Below are positions 56,077 through 64,000 of a stretch of 64,000 nucleotides of DNA, in pieces. The notes under the pieces were generated by a model. That model was given only the letters and a program-made list of their open reading frames with translations, did not search any database and was not told where the DNA came from. Source of the DNA: an uncultured Planctomycetales bacterium (GTDB taxonomy: Bacteria; Omnitrophota; Gorgyraeia; Zapsychrales; JAHFFX01); NCBI GenBank assembly GCA_964612665.1, contig CAZTCI010000004.1, forward strand, positions 270,376-334,375, written 5' to 3'. The translations under genes were made by a program, and so were the position numbers. Each line of letters begins with the position of its first letter. Position 1 is the first letter of the stretch.

Positions 56077-57702
56077 ATGGATAGAAAATTGAATGAACAT
56101 AATTTTCTTGAGGGAACAGATCTCACGGCGGTCGAGAAATTTTCGTTGCAGCATGACTTCCGTCAGATTTCTAAGGGCGATAGTCTTTACGAAGATCTTA
56201 TTCCTAAAACAACACCCGGCGACGGAGAACAATACGCTTTTAATGTTGATCTCGACAAATGCACCGGCTGTAAAGCGTGCGTGGCGGGCTGTCACAGTGA
56301 AAATGGTTTAGAAGACGATGAGATTTGGCGGTCGGTTGGGATCATTCACACCATCGAGGAAACGAAGCCCGTCATTCAACATATCACCAGTGCCTGCCAT
56401 CATTGTCTGGACCCGGCCTGTTTGGAAGGCTGCCCCGTTGATGCTTATGAAAAAAATCCGAAAACCGGCGTCGTCAAACATCTGGATGACCAATGTATCG
56501 GCTGTCAGTACTGCACTTTCAAATGTCCTTACGATGTTCCGAAATACAATAAGAAAAAAGGCATCGTCCATAAATGTGACATGTGCATCAGCCGTTTAGA
56601 AGTCGGCCAAGCCCCAGCCTGCGTGCGCGCGTGTCCTAACGGCGCCATCACAATCAAAATTATTAACCAAGCACAAGTGCGCGAGAATCCGACGGCGTAT
56701 GTCAATATTCCGCGGGCGCCGGATTCAAACTACACTCTTCCTACAACCCAATACCAGACCACAAAAACCTTAAGCGCCAGCATGGTCACTGGAGATTTTA
56801 ATAAAGTGCATTTGGAACATTCGCATTGGCCGCTTATTGTGATGCTCGTCTTGACCCAGCTTTCCGTCGGGACTTTGGGGTTTAGTCTTTTGGCGCAAAT
56901 GTTTTTGCCGTTTGATTGCCAGATGACTTTTTATCCATACCATGCGCTGGTGGGATTGGGCGCGGGGATTTTGGCTTTGATCGTGAGTGTTTTTCATCTC
57001 GGCCGGCCGTTGTATGCGTTTCGGGCGGTTATTGGATTGGGACATTCCTGGTTGAGCCGGGAGATTGTGACCTTCGGCGCGTTCGCTTTTTTAGCGATCG
57101 TATTGACCTTGCGTTTGTGGATTCATCATGATTTAGAAAATGTTGTGAATATTCTAGCGGCGGCAACGGTACTCGTCGGAATTTTCGGTGTTTTTTGTTC
57201 GGTTAAAGTTTATCGGGACACGCGCCGGCCGTTTTGGGACCATCCGGTTACCGACGTGAAATTCTTTCTAACGACGACCATTTTAGGCACGGCGACGGTT
57301 TTATGTTCGAGTTTGATTTATTCGGAACTATCCGCGCTTCAAATCATGAAATGGTTCGGCGTCAGATTTTGTTGGATCATTGCGACTTGTTCCTGTGCCA
57401 AAATGATTTTAGAAGCATCCTTTTTTAAATATTTATACGATCCACAACAAACCCTTTTAAAAAAATCCGCCTGGATCATGACCGAGCCTCTAAAAAATGT
57501 GACAAGGAATCGTTTTGGATGGGGAATTGTGGGTGGAATTATTTTACCCGTGGTTTGCGCCACGCAATTTATGTCTTGGAATCTTTTGGGAATCCTTTCT
57601 TGCAGTTTATTGATTTTAATCTTATCGCTCATCGCGGAATTTTGTGAACGTTATTTATTCTTCCGTTCGGTTGTGGCCTTAAAGATGCCGGGAGGGCTTT
57701 GA
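56077..57702 (+). CDS. Fusion of a 4Fe-4S ferredoxin-type subunit (DmsB/NrfC-like, 4 Cys clusters) with a polytopic NrfD/DmsC-like membrane anchor
   Basis: [41 protein letters not shown] and CDMCISRL...CVRACP. About 8 TM helices from residue 240. The stop overlaps the start of the molybdoenzyme gene. Confidence 0.65.
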   Translation: MDRKLNEHNFLEGTDLTAVEKFSLQHDFRQISKGDSLYEDLIPKTTPGDGEQYAFNVDLDKCTGCKACVAGCHSENGLEDDEIWRSVGIIHTIEETKPVIQHITSACHHCLDPACLEGCPVDAYEKNPKTGVVKHLDDQCIGCQYCTFKCPYDVPKYNKKKGIVHKCDMCISRLEVGQAPACVRACPNGAITIKIINQAQVRENPTAYVNIPRAPDSNYTLPTTQYQTTKTLSASMVTGDFNKVHLEHSHWPLIVMLVLTQLSVGTLGFSLLAQMFLPFDCQMTFYPYHALVGLGAGILALIVSVFHLGRPLYAFRAVIGLGHSWLSREIVTFGAFAFLAIVLTLRLWIHHDLENVVNILAAATVLVGIFGVFCSVKVYRDTRRPFWDHPVTDVKFFLTTTILGTATVLCSSLIYSELSALQIMKWFGVRFCWIIATCSCAKMILEASFFKYLYDPQQTLLKKSAWIMTEPLKNVTRNRFGWGIVGGIILPVVCATQFMSWNLLGILSCSLLILILSLIAEFCERYLFFRSVVALKMPGGL

Positions 57703-59903
57703 TGAAATCTTCCAATAATATTTGGATGCAAAAAAACGGGCCGCTTTCCGACGAGCTGGCGCTGGATCTCGTTTCTGAAGATTTAGGAAAACTGCCGCGC
57801 CGGTTAATCCCGGATAAAATTATTAACAGCGTCTGCGGTTTTTGTTCAACGGGATGCAGTTTATCCGTTCATATGAAAGGAAACCAGCCGGTCAATTTAA
57901 CGCCGAACCGAAATTATCCGGTTAACTTAGGCGAGGCGTGCCCGAAGGGGTGGGAATCGTTGACGCCTTTAAAAGCATCAGACCGCGCAACAACGCCGTA
58001 TCTTCGCGATAAAAACGGTCGCTTCATCAAAGTGAATTGGGACACCGCTTTAAGTTTTTTTGTAAGCCGGTTTAAAGCAATTCAACAGAAATACGGACCA
58101 GAGAGTCTGGCTTTCTTGAGTACGGGACAAATTTGTACCGAGGAGATGGCGTTTCTGGGAGCTCTGGCTAAATTTGGGATGGGCATTCTTCATGGCGACG
58201 GGAACACCCGTCAATGTATGGCCACCTCCGTCGTGAGTTACAAAGAGGCCTTCGGATTTGACGCGCCGCCTTTTACCTATCAGGATTTTGAAGAGTCCGA
58301 CTGCGTTATTTTTATCGGCGCCAATCCCTGCATTGCGCATCCGATCATGTGGCAGCGGGTGTGCCGTAATAAAAATGAACCGCTTATTATCGTCGTCGAT
58401 CCGCGCAAAACCGAGACCGCCATGGCCGCCACCCATCATTATGCGATTCAGCCTAAAAGCGATTTAGTTTTATTATATGGGCTGGCCTATATTTTGATTA
58501 AGAAAGGTTGGGTTGATGAAACTTACATCAAGAATCATACGCAGGGATTCGAGGCCTTTCGGCAACATGTACGTGTGTTCACCCCGATGTTTGTTTCTAG
58601 ACAGACTGGTTTATCCAAAGAAGACCTCTGCGATTTTGCGGCGATGATCCATTATGGCCGTCGGGTGTCGTTTTGGTGGACGATGGGCGTTAATCAAAGT
58701 TATGAAGGCGTGCGGACCGCGCAGGCGATTATTAATTTATGTTTAATGACCGGGAACATCGGACGTCCAGGCACCGGACCCAACTCGATTACCGGCCAAT
58801 GTAATGCGATGGGGTCGAGATTGTTCAGCAACACGACGAATCTTTTGGGCGGTCATAGTTTCTTAAAAGAAGCTGATCGACGTAAGATCGCGCAGATTTT
58901 AGGCATCGATGTTAATTTGATTCCAACGCAAGAGAGCTTAGCTTATGATCAAATTATTGACCAAATAGCTGTTGGCAAAATTAAAGGGCTGTGGGTCATT
59001 GCCACCAATCCCGCGCATTCGTGGATTGATCAAAAAGAAGTGAGAGGGATCTTGGGTAATTTAGATTTTCTGGTCGTTCAGGATATGTACACGACAACGC
59101 AGACCGCGAAGATGGCGGATTTGATTCTTCCAGCGGCGGGGTGGGGTGAAAAGGAAGGCACGGTGATTAATTCCGAACGGCGGATTGGATTGTTCAGAAA
59201 GGCCGCTCGCCCGCCGGGCGATGCCTTGAGTGATTTTGAAATTTTTAAATTGATCGCCCAGTACTGGGGATGCTCAGGGCTTTTTAAAGAATGGAATACA
59301 CCCGAGGATGTTTTTCAAAGCATGAAAAAAATTTCCAGAGGCACACCTTGCGATATCACCGGAATCAAAAATTACGCAATGTTAGAAGAGTACGGCGGTA
59401 TTCAATGGCCGTTTCCTGAAGGTGAACGCTTAAAAGACAATCAGCGGCGGCTTTTCGAAGACGGAAAATTCTTTCATGACAATAAAAAGGCACGCTTCAT
59501 TTTTGAAGATCCCAAGGAAAATCCAGAAAAACCTGATCACAAATATCCATTTATTCTTTTAACCGGCCGCGGGACATCAGCTCAGTGGCACACGCAAACG
59601 CGCACGGAAAAATCTCCGGTGCTGCGGACGATGTATCCGCCGGAAGTTTATGTGGAAGTCAATCCCAACGATGCTCAGGCGCTTGCGTTACATGATCAAC
59701 AATGGATTTATGTGACTTCTCGTCGGGCACAGATTAAAGCCCGGGCTTTTGTTGTGCCGTCAGTTCAACCAGGACAAGTGTTTATCCCGATGCATTATGA
59801 AGAAACCAACCGGCTGACGTTTTCGCTGGTTGATCCTTATTCAAGACAGCCGTCGTATAAAATATGTGCGGTGCAATTGTCGGTGAAGCCGTATTATCCA
59901 TAA
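57699..59903 (+). CDS. nasA: Molybdopterin (bis-MGD) oxidoreductase, assimilatory nitrate reductase-like catalytic subunit, no Tat signal
   Basis: N-terminal [4Fe-4S] motif [11 protein letters not shown]...C. About 730 aa with typical MopB-superfamily spacing. No RR twin-arginine motif, so it is cytoplasmic. Nitrate-assimilation context. Confidence 0.75.
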   Translation: MMKSSNNIWMQKNGPLSDELALDLVSEDLGKLPRRLIPDKIINSVCGFCSTGCSLSVHMKGNQPVNLTPNRNYPVNLGEACPKGWESLTPLKASDRATTPYLRDKNGRFIKVNWDTALSFFVSRFKAIQQKYGPESLAFLSTGQICTEEMAFLGALAKFGMGILHGDGNTRQCMATSVVSYKEAFGFDAPPFTYQDFEESDCVIFIGANPCIAHPIMWQRVCRNKNEPLIIVVDPRKTETAMAATHHYAIQPKSDLVLLYGLAYILIKKGWVDETYIKNHTQGFEAFRQHVRVFTPMFVSRQTGLSKEDLCDFAAMIHYGRRVSFWWTMGVNQSYEGVRTAQAIINLCLMTGNIGRPGTGPNSITGQCNAMGSRLFSNTTNLLGGHSFLKEADRRKIAQILGIDVNLIPTQESLAYDQIIDQIAVGKIKGLWVIATNPAHSWIDQKEVRGILGNLDFLVVQDMYTTTQTAKMADLILPAAGWGEKEGTVINSERRIGLFRKAARPPGDALSDFEIFKLIAQYWGCSGLFKEWNTPEDVFQSMKKISRGTPCDITGIKNYAMLEEYGGIQWPFPEGERLKDNQRRLFEDGKFFHDNKKARFIFEDPKENPEKPDHKYPFILLTGRGTSAQWHTQTRTEKSPVLRTMYPPEVYVEVNPNDAQALALHDQQWIYVTSRRAQIKARAFVVPSVQPGQVFIPMHYEETNRLTFSLVDPYSRQPSYKICAVQLSVKPYYP

Positions 59904-59941
59904 ATTTGAAGGGTCACCAAGTCACCCGTCACAAAGTCACC

Positions 59942-60430
59942 ATGATACAGAACAATCCAGAAGTTCTTGCTGTTTGCACTTCCAATGGAGGAATTCCGAA
60001 AATTCCTCGAGCCTTCGCTTACGTCTTTAAAACCGGTTTGGCCGGTGACGGACATAATCATGATAAACACAAAACACCATTACAGGCGGTTTGTTTACAG
60101 GATGTTGAATTTTTGGAAGAGTTAATGCGAGAGGGTTTTCCTTTGACCTTGGGAACAATTGGGGAAAATGTCACGGTGCGGGATTTATTCGTCCAGAAAC
60201 TTCCGATTGGAACGGTTCTCGAATTTTCCGGCGGCGTTGTCATTGAATTAACAAAAGTTCGCAAACCGTGTTATGTGTTAGATGCCATTGACCCAAAATT
60301 AAAAGAAGTGATTATGGGACGCTGTGGTTATTATGCCAGAGTGATTCGTGAAGGTGTCATTAAGCCGGGCGACAAAATTATTTTACATAAAGAGTGTTGT
60401 TCAAATTTAAGTTATGTCCATGTAATTTAA
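59942..60430 (+). CDS. MOSC-domain protein (YiiM/YcbX-like)
   Basis: GENVTVRDL...GGVVIELTKVRKPCYVLD...GVIKPGDKIIL is the MOSC beta-barrel signature with the conserved Cys. The ATG at 59942 is preferred over the ORF-track start at 59864, which lies inside nasA. Confidence 0.6.
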   Translation: MIQNNPEVLAVCTSNGGIPKIPRAFAYVFKTGLAGDGHNHDKHKTPLQAVCLQDVEFLEELMREGFPLTLGTIGENVTVRDLFVQKLPIGTVLEFSGGVVIELTKVRKPCYVLDAIDPKLKEVIMGRCGYYARVIREGVIKPGDKIILHKECCSNLSYVHVI

Positions 60431-60675
60431 GCCGGCAAAATTACCCGCGGCGAAAATTTTAGATTTGCCTTTGCCCGCCTAATAATATTTAATCCCGCCT
60501 GCCAGCCTTTGCCTTGCTTCGCCAGCATGACAACGGAGCCGCCAAACCTGCCGCCAGTCAAACACGCGCCAATAATGTCCGGTTCCTTTGCCGATTCAAT
60601 GACGAGCCAATCGATTTCCGGAATCGAAACGGCAAAGTCGTCGCGTAAGGAATCATGTGACGCATAAAATAATTC
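60427..60675 (-). pseudogene. galK: C-terminal 85-aa remnant of a galactokinase-like GHMP kinase, truncated at the palindromic element copy B
   Basis: ..LFYASHDSLRDDFAVSIPEIDWLV..IIGACLTGGRFGGSVVML.. matches the GalK C-terminal region (SHxSxRDDxEVSxPExDxLV; GxRMTGGGFGGC). Homology starts exactly where element B ends. No N-terminal 300 aa lies upstream. Confidence 0.5.
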
Positions 60676-60777
60676 TCTTACTGACTTTTGCATTGCAAAA
60701 GTCTAGTATTAGGCCTTTTCTCCACGAGAATAATAGAACAACCTTATCTTTGGGAGAGAAAAGGCCAATAAAGCGTT
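60676..60777 (+). promoter_or_regulatory. Conserved leader/operator element, copy B. Palindrome GACTTTTGCA-t-TGCAAAAGTC at 60683-60703. Helix ggccttttctc...gagaaaaggcc. Lies 180 nt upstream of the FMN reductase gene
   Basis: Aligned by eye with copy A. Differences fall in loops or are compensatory (the palindrome centre is c in A and t in B). Confidence 0.6.
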
Positions 60778-60955
60778 GAGGTTTTCGCTTCTAAGCGCTT
60801 GAACGGTTTTAATCACCCGTTCATTCTCACCAACCCGATGAGAAAAATTTGTGAAGAAAACTAAAAACAGTTGAAGTTCATGGTCATGAAATTGTATGAT
60901 GGAAGTCCTCATTGTTATTGTTTGATTGTTTTGTAAATTGAGAAAGGAGTTTGTT

Positions 60956-61537
60956 ATGGCCGAGCCAAAAATTGTTGCGTTTGCCGGAAGCACGCGGACG
61001 GATTCTTACAATAAGAAACTCATCAGAGTAGCCGTTGAAGCGGCTAAGAACGCGGGAGCGGAAGTCACGCTTATTGATTTGCGGGATATTCCAATGCCGC
61101 TTTACGACGGAGATCTTGAAAAAGAGAAGGGACTGCCAGATAACGCCAAGAAATTTAAGAAGCTCTTGATTGAACATCCAGGTTTTCTTATTTCAACGCC
61201 GGAATACAATAGTTCCATTCCGGGTGTTTTAAAGAATGCGATTGATTGGGCATCACGGGCGGAAAAACCAGATGAACCGCCGCTGGTTTGTTTTGCCAAC
61301 AAAGTCGTTGGACTCATGTCTGCTTCTCCCGGTGGATTAGGCGGTTTGCGGAGTTTAACTCATGTCCGCGCCATTTTAGAAAACATCGGCGCACTTGTGA
61401 TCCCGCAACAGATCGCCATCTCTAAAGCCCACGAAGCTTTTGACGCTAACGGGAAGCTCAAGGATGCTAAACAGCAAAGCGCCGTCGAGAATGTTAGCAA
61501 ACGACTGGTTCAAATTTTAACTAAACTTTCACAATAA
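60956..61537 (+). CDS. NAD(P)H-dependent FMN reductase (SsuE/flavodoxin-like fold)
   Basis: KIVAFAGSTRTDSYNKKL...ISTPEYNSSIPGVLKNAIDW. ATG at 60956 with an AAGGAG Shine-Dalgarno. Confidence 0.75.
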   Translation: MAEPKIVAFAGSTRTDSYNKKLIRVAVEAAKNAGAEVTLIDLRDIPMPLYDGDLEKEKGLPDNAKKFKKLLIEHPGFLISTPEYNSSIPGVLKNAIDWASRAEKPDEPPLVCFANKVVGLMSASPGGLGGLRSLTHVRAILENIGALVIPQQIAISKAHEAFDANGKLKDAKQQSAVENVSKRLVQILTKLSQ

Positions 61538-61557
61538 ATTTTTCAAAGGAAACAAAT

Positions 61558-62190
61558 ATGATTTTAAGAAAATTATTGTCAAAATTCAGTTGGGCAGCGG
61601 TTATCCTTTTGACATTGATTGCTAGCTGGACCAGCAATGGTTTTGCCGAAGTGCCGCACTTGGAGACCGCCACATTTGCAGGTGGATGTTTTTGGTGCAT
61701 GGAGCCGTTTTTGGCACATCTTAAAGGTGTTAAAAGCGTGACCGTCGGCTATACTGGCGGTCAAAAAGCCAATCCCACGTATGAAGAAGTTTCCAGCGGC
61801 ACAACCGGCCACGCCGAATCGATTCAAGTTGTTTTTGATCCAACCATCATTTCTTATGCACGTCTTTTAAAAATTTATTGGCACAATATTGATCCAACCA
61901 TGGTTAATGGCCAATTCGCTGATCAAGGCACACAATATCGCACGGCAATTTTTTATCGTAACGACGAGCAAAAGCGTTTGGCTGAAGAATCGAAGAAAGA
62001 ACTCGCAGCCTCTGGCAAATTTGACAGAGCCATTGTGACGGAAATTGTGCCCGCTTCAACGTTTTATCCCGCGGAAGATTATCATCAGCACTATTATAAA
62101 ACGCATGCTTTACAATATAATCTGTATCACGCCGCGTCGGGACGCGATCAATTTTTAAAGCGTATTTGGGGTAATGAAAAGCCTGAATAG
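61558..62190 (+). CDS. msrA: Peptide methionine sulfoxide reductase MsrA, secreted/periplasmic form
   Basis: Signal peptide, then the active site ATFAGGCFWCME. Confidence 0.85.
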   Translation: MILRKLLSKFSWAAVILLTLIASWTSNGFAEVPHLETATFAGGCFWCMEPFLAHLKGVKSVTVGYTGGQKANPTYEEVSSGTTGHAESIQVVFDPTIISYARLLKIYWHNIDPTMVNGQFADQGTQYRTAIFYRNDEQKRLAEESKKELAASGKFDRAIVTEIVPASTFYPAEDYHQHYYKTHALQYNLYHAASGRDQFLKRIWGNEKPE

Positions 62191-62274
62191 CAATTTGCTT
62201 TTTGATGAGAAATAGATTATGTTTGTTGAGCATTAAATAAATTCTTAAATAGTTCATGGAAACAAATTATAAGC

Positions 62275-63027
62275 ATGTATCCCAAACTCGAAGCTATCCG
62301 CAAACAAAACGTCATTCTCGCGAAGCAATCGCCTTACAACCACTGTGACCGGTGGTGTGAGCGTTGTCCCGTCGATATTCAAAAAAATTGCACGCTTTAT
62401 CTTGATGAGATGGGCCGGCAGGCGTTTAACATCGCTCACGGCCGTGAACCTGATGATTTGGAAGTTTTAAAAGAAGATCTTGAAAAAATGGCCGAAGAAC
62501 TGGAAACAGCGATAGATGTCTCTGACCACGAAGAGTTTCTTGAAGATCTTGACCCTCAAGAAGAGCAATCGATGATTGATGAACTCAATTTACTCCGTCA
62601 AAAAGTTAATCAGCATCCTTTGATGAAGGCCGTGGACCAATACTCGGTTAAATCTGGAGAGTTTTTAAAAAAGGTTGGATTTCCTCAATCAAAATTTGAC
62701 GGATCAATCCTTTGCCATTTGAATACGGTCGCCTGGTATCATACGCTTCTCGTCGCTAAAATGAACCGGATGCTGATGGGATTTTATGAAATGGATAATC
62801 AACGACGACATAGTGACTTTGCTCCTTATGATACCGTAGCCCAGCTCGATGTTTGCAAAAAAGGAACAAATGAATCGTTAAAAGCATTTAAAGTCTTAGT
62901 TGATCTCTTGCCCAACATGCCCGCCGCGACTCCTTTTGTCGCGATGTTAAATAATATCAATGACCAAATTGGTATTATTGAACAAGACATCGAAGACAAA
63001 CTGCAACCCTCTTCTCCTACTTTTTAG
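62275..63027 (+). CDS. Hypothetical protein with N-terminal Cys cluster (CDRWCERC) and acidic coiled-coil region
   Basis: ORF only. No family recognized. Confidence 0.35.
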   Translation: MYPKLEAIRKQNVILAKQSPYNHCDRWCERCPVDIQKNCTLYLDEMGRQAFNIAHGREPDDLEVLKEDLEKMAEELETAIDVSDHEEFLEDLDPQEEQSMIDELNLLRQKVNQHPLMKAVDQYSVKSGEFLKKVGFPQSKFDGSILCHLNTVAWYHTLLVAKMNRMLMGFYEMDNQRRHSDFAPYDTVAQLDVCKKGTNESLKAFKVLVDLLPNMPAATPFVAMLNNINDQIGIIEQDIEDKLQPSSPTF

Positions 63028-63193
63028 TTTTACTTAATGAAAATTTTTTAATTCTTTTTTAATCCTCCAATAATCCCTGTCTTATTAAAATTACTCTTGA
63101 AAAACTTACCTACATTTAGTTCAGCGACTAAAAGTGGCGTCCATCAATCAAATAATCAAATCCAAAATTTGCTTTAAATAACAGGAGGCTATC

Positions 63194-64000
63194 ATGAAAA
63201 AGATACTCATTTTAATAATGGGGGGATCGGTTTTTCTCATTTCAAATGCGCTTTGTTACAGTTTTGATCAATTTGCTGTCGACAGCAGCCGTCTGGCCCA
63301 AGCTGCCGGCGGATCAACCGGAACTTCATCGGGAGCCACTACGGGAACTTCTACTTCTACAGGAAGTCCAACGGGCACAGGCACAACGACAGGCAGCAGT
63401 AACGGGAGTTTTGGCAACACAGGTACGGGAAAAAGTTCTTCCGATACGACGGGAATAATGAGCGGGACCGGTTCCGGCCTTGATATTTCGACGAGCGGGA
63501 CTGGGACGACAACTTCGGGCAGTACTGGAATCACGGACGGCAGTGGTATGGGAACTTCAACAGAAACAACAACTGGCACAGGTTCAACTTCTGGCATGTC
63601 TGGTTCGTTGACAAATCCTTCTGATGTAGGTGTTGGTACAATTGGGTCGTCTCCTTCAAATCGATTTGGTCCGATCGATGCGAATGGCACAGGTTCTAAC
63701 ACAAGCAGTTCGAGTGGAACCTCAGGAAACACTATGCCAGGATCAACTGATTCTACGACGAACACAGATTTTGGGAACACGAGGAGCACGGGTTCTTTTT
63801 CCGCATCTTCGACGGAATCTTCATCATCGCAAGGCGGACCGTCGAGCTCTTCAGGTATGAGAATATTTCGTGTCGGTTCGGGAACATCACTTCCTATCGG
63901 TACAAATATCCTTTCGCAAGGAACTATTACGAATATTGACCGCAGTCAACGGCAGATTTCAGTTAAGAATTCAGACACTGGCAATGTTACGACCTACAGA
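63194..64000 (+). CDS. Secreted Ser/Thr/Gly-rich low-complexity protein (partial; runs off the window end)
   Basis: AGGAGG Shine-Dalgarno then an ATG at 63194. Signal peptide MKKILILIMGGSVFLISNA, then more than 230 aa of GS/T-rich sequence (TGTSTSTGSPTGTGTTTGSS...). Confidence 0.55.
   Translation, partial: MKKILILIMGGSVFLISNALCYSFDQFAVDSSRLAQAAGGSTGTSSGATTGTSTSTGSPTGTGTTTGSSNGSFGNTGTGKSSSDTTGIMSGTGSGLDISTSGTGTTTSGSTGITDGSGMGTSTETTTGTGSTSGMSGSLTNPSDVGVGTIGSSPSNRFGPIDANGTGSNTSSSSGTSGNTMPGSTDSTTNTDFGNTRSTGSFSASSTESSSSQGGPSSSSGMRIFRVGSGTSLPIGTNILSQGTITNIDRSQRQISVKNSDTGNVTTYR

Noticed and set aside
56041-56311. Antisense and overlapping ORFs around the fdx gene start (56041-56295 -, 56093-56311 +)
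   Set aside because: They overlap the well-supported 4Fe-4S protein gene in other frames. No Shine-Dalgarno.
60427-60693. Treating the 88-aa minus ORF as an intact small gene
   Set aside because: It carries only the C-terminal GHMP-kinase motifs. Its first 6 codons are the reverse complement of the palindromic element. Interpreted as a galK remnant.

Overview
This 64-kb window looks like an AT-rich (roughly 40-45% GC) diderm bacterium: it encodes an LptE-like lipoprotein, an LpxL-family acyltransferase, Lnt, a BamD/YbgF-like TPR protein and beta-barrel OMPs. TGA is used as a stop codon, as shown by a canonical prfB +1 frameshift. The left half is mostly housekeeping: comEA-comEC, lptE-holA, rpsT, murJ, uvrC, pilT, prfB, secA, lnt, a response regulator, lpxL, a DUF502 protein and a HAD hydrolase. 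The middle is accessory-like. A tRNA-Phe/tRNA-Thr pair is followed by a 1.3-kb islet of two unknown membrane proteins that ends in a degenerate copy of the tRNA-Thr 3' half. A RelE/ParE-Phd toxin-antitoxin cassette sits between an MFS transporter and purN with a chimeric junction scar. Downstream of ftsH, eno-ftsB and an initiator-like tRNA-Met lies a 5.8-kb segment bounded by a 43-nt direct repeat of the tRNA-Met 3' half. That segment holds sigma54-activator remnants, an ArsR regulator, a TPR + beta-barrel OMP (Slam/DUF560-like architecture) and a 940-aa tandem-repeat Ser/Thr/Gly-rich secreted protein. A decayed PEP-CTERM gene follows. The right half has a type IV pilus / T2SS-like cluster on the minus strand (GspE/PilB with MshEN-like N-terminus, GspF/PilC, major pilin, three minor pseudopilins, PilM/GspL-like, PilP/GspC-like) with no secretin or prepilin peptidase in the window. 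Next comes a PAS-LuxR regulator preceded by a promoter, a palindromic leader element and a terminator. A large nitrate-assimilation locus follows: nirBD, nrtABCD, a porin, a fused FeS/NrfD-like membrane subunit, a molybdopterin nitrate reductase and a MOSC protein. The window ends with a galK remnant truncated by a second copy of the palindromic element, an FMN reductase, a secreted MsrA and a second Ser/Thr/Gly-rich secreted protein that runs off the end. No CRISPR array, integrase or transposase was seen. All coordinates come from manual reading and ORF-track cross-checks. Small structural elements may be off by a few nucleotides.
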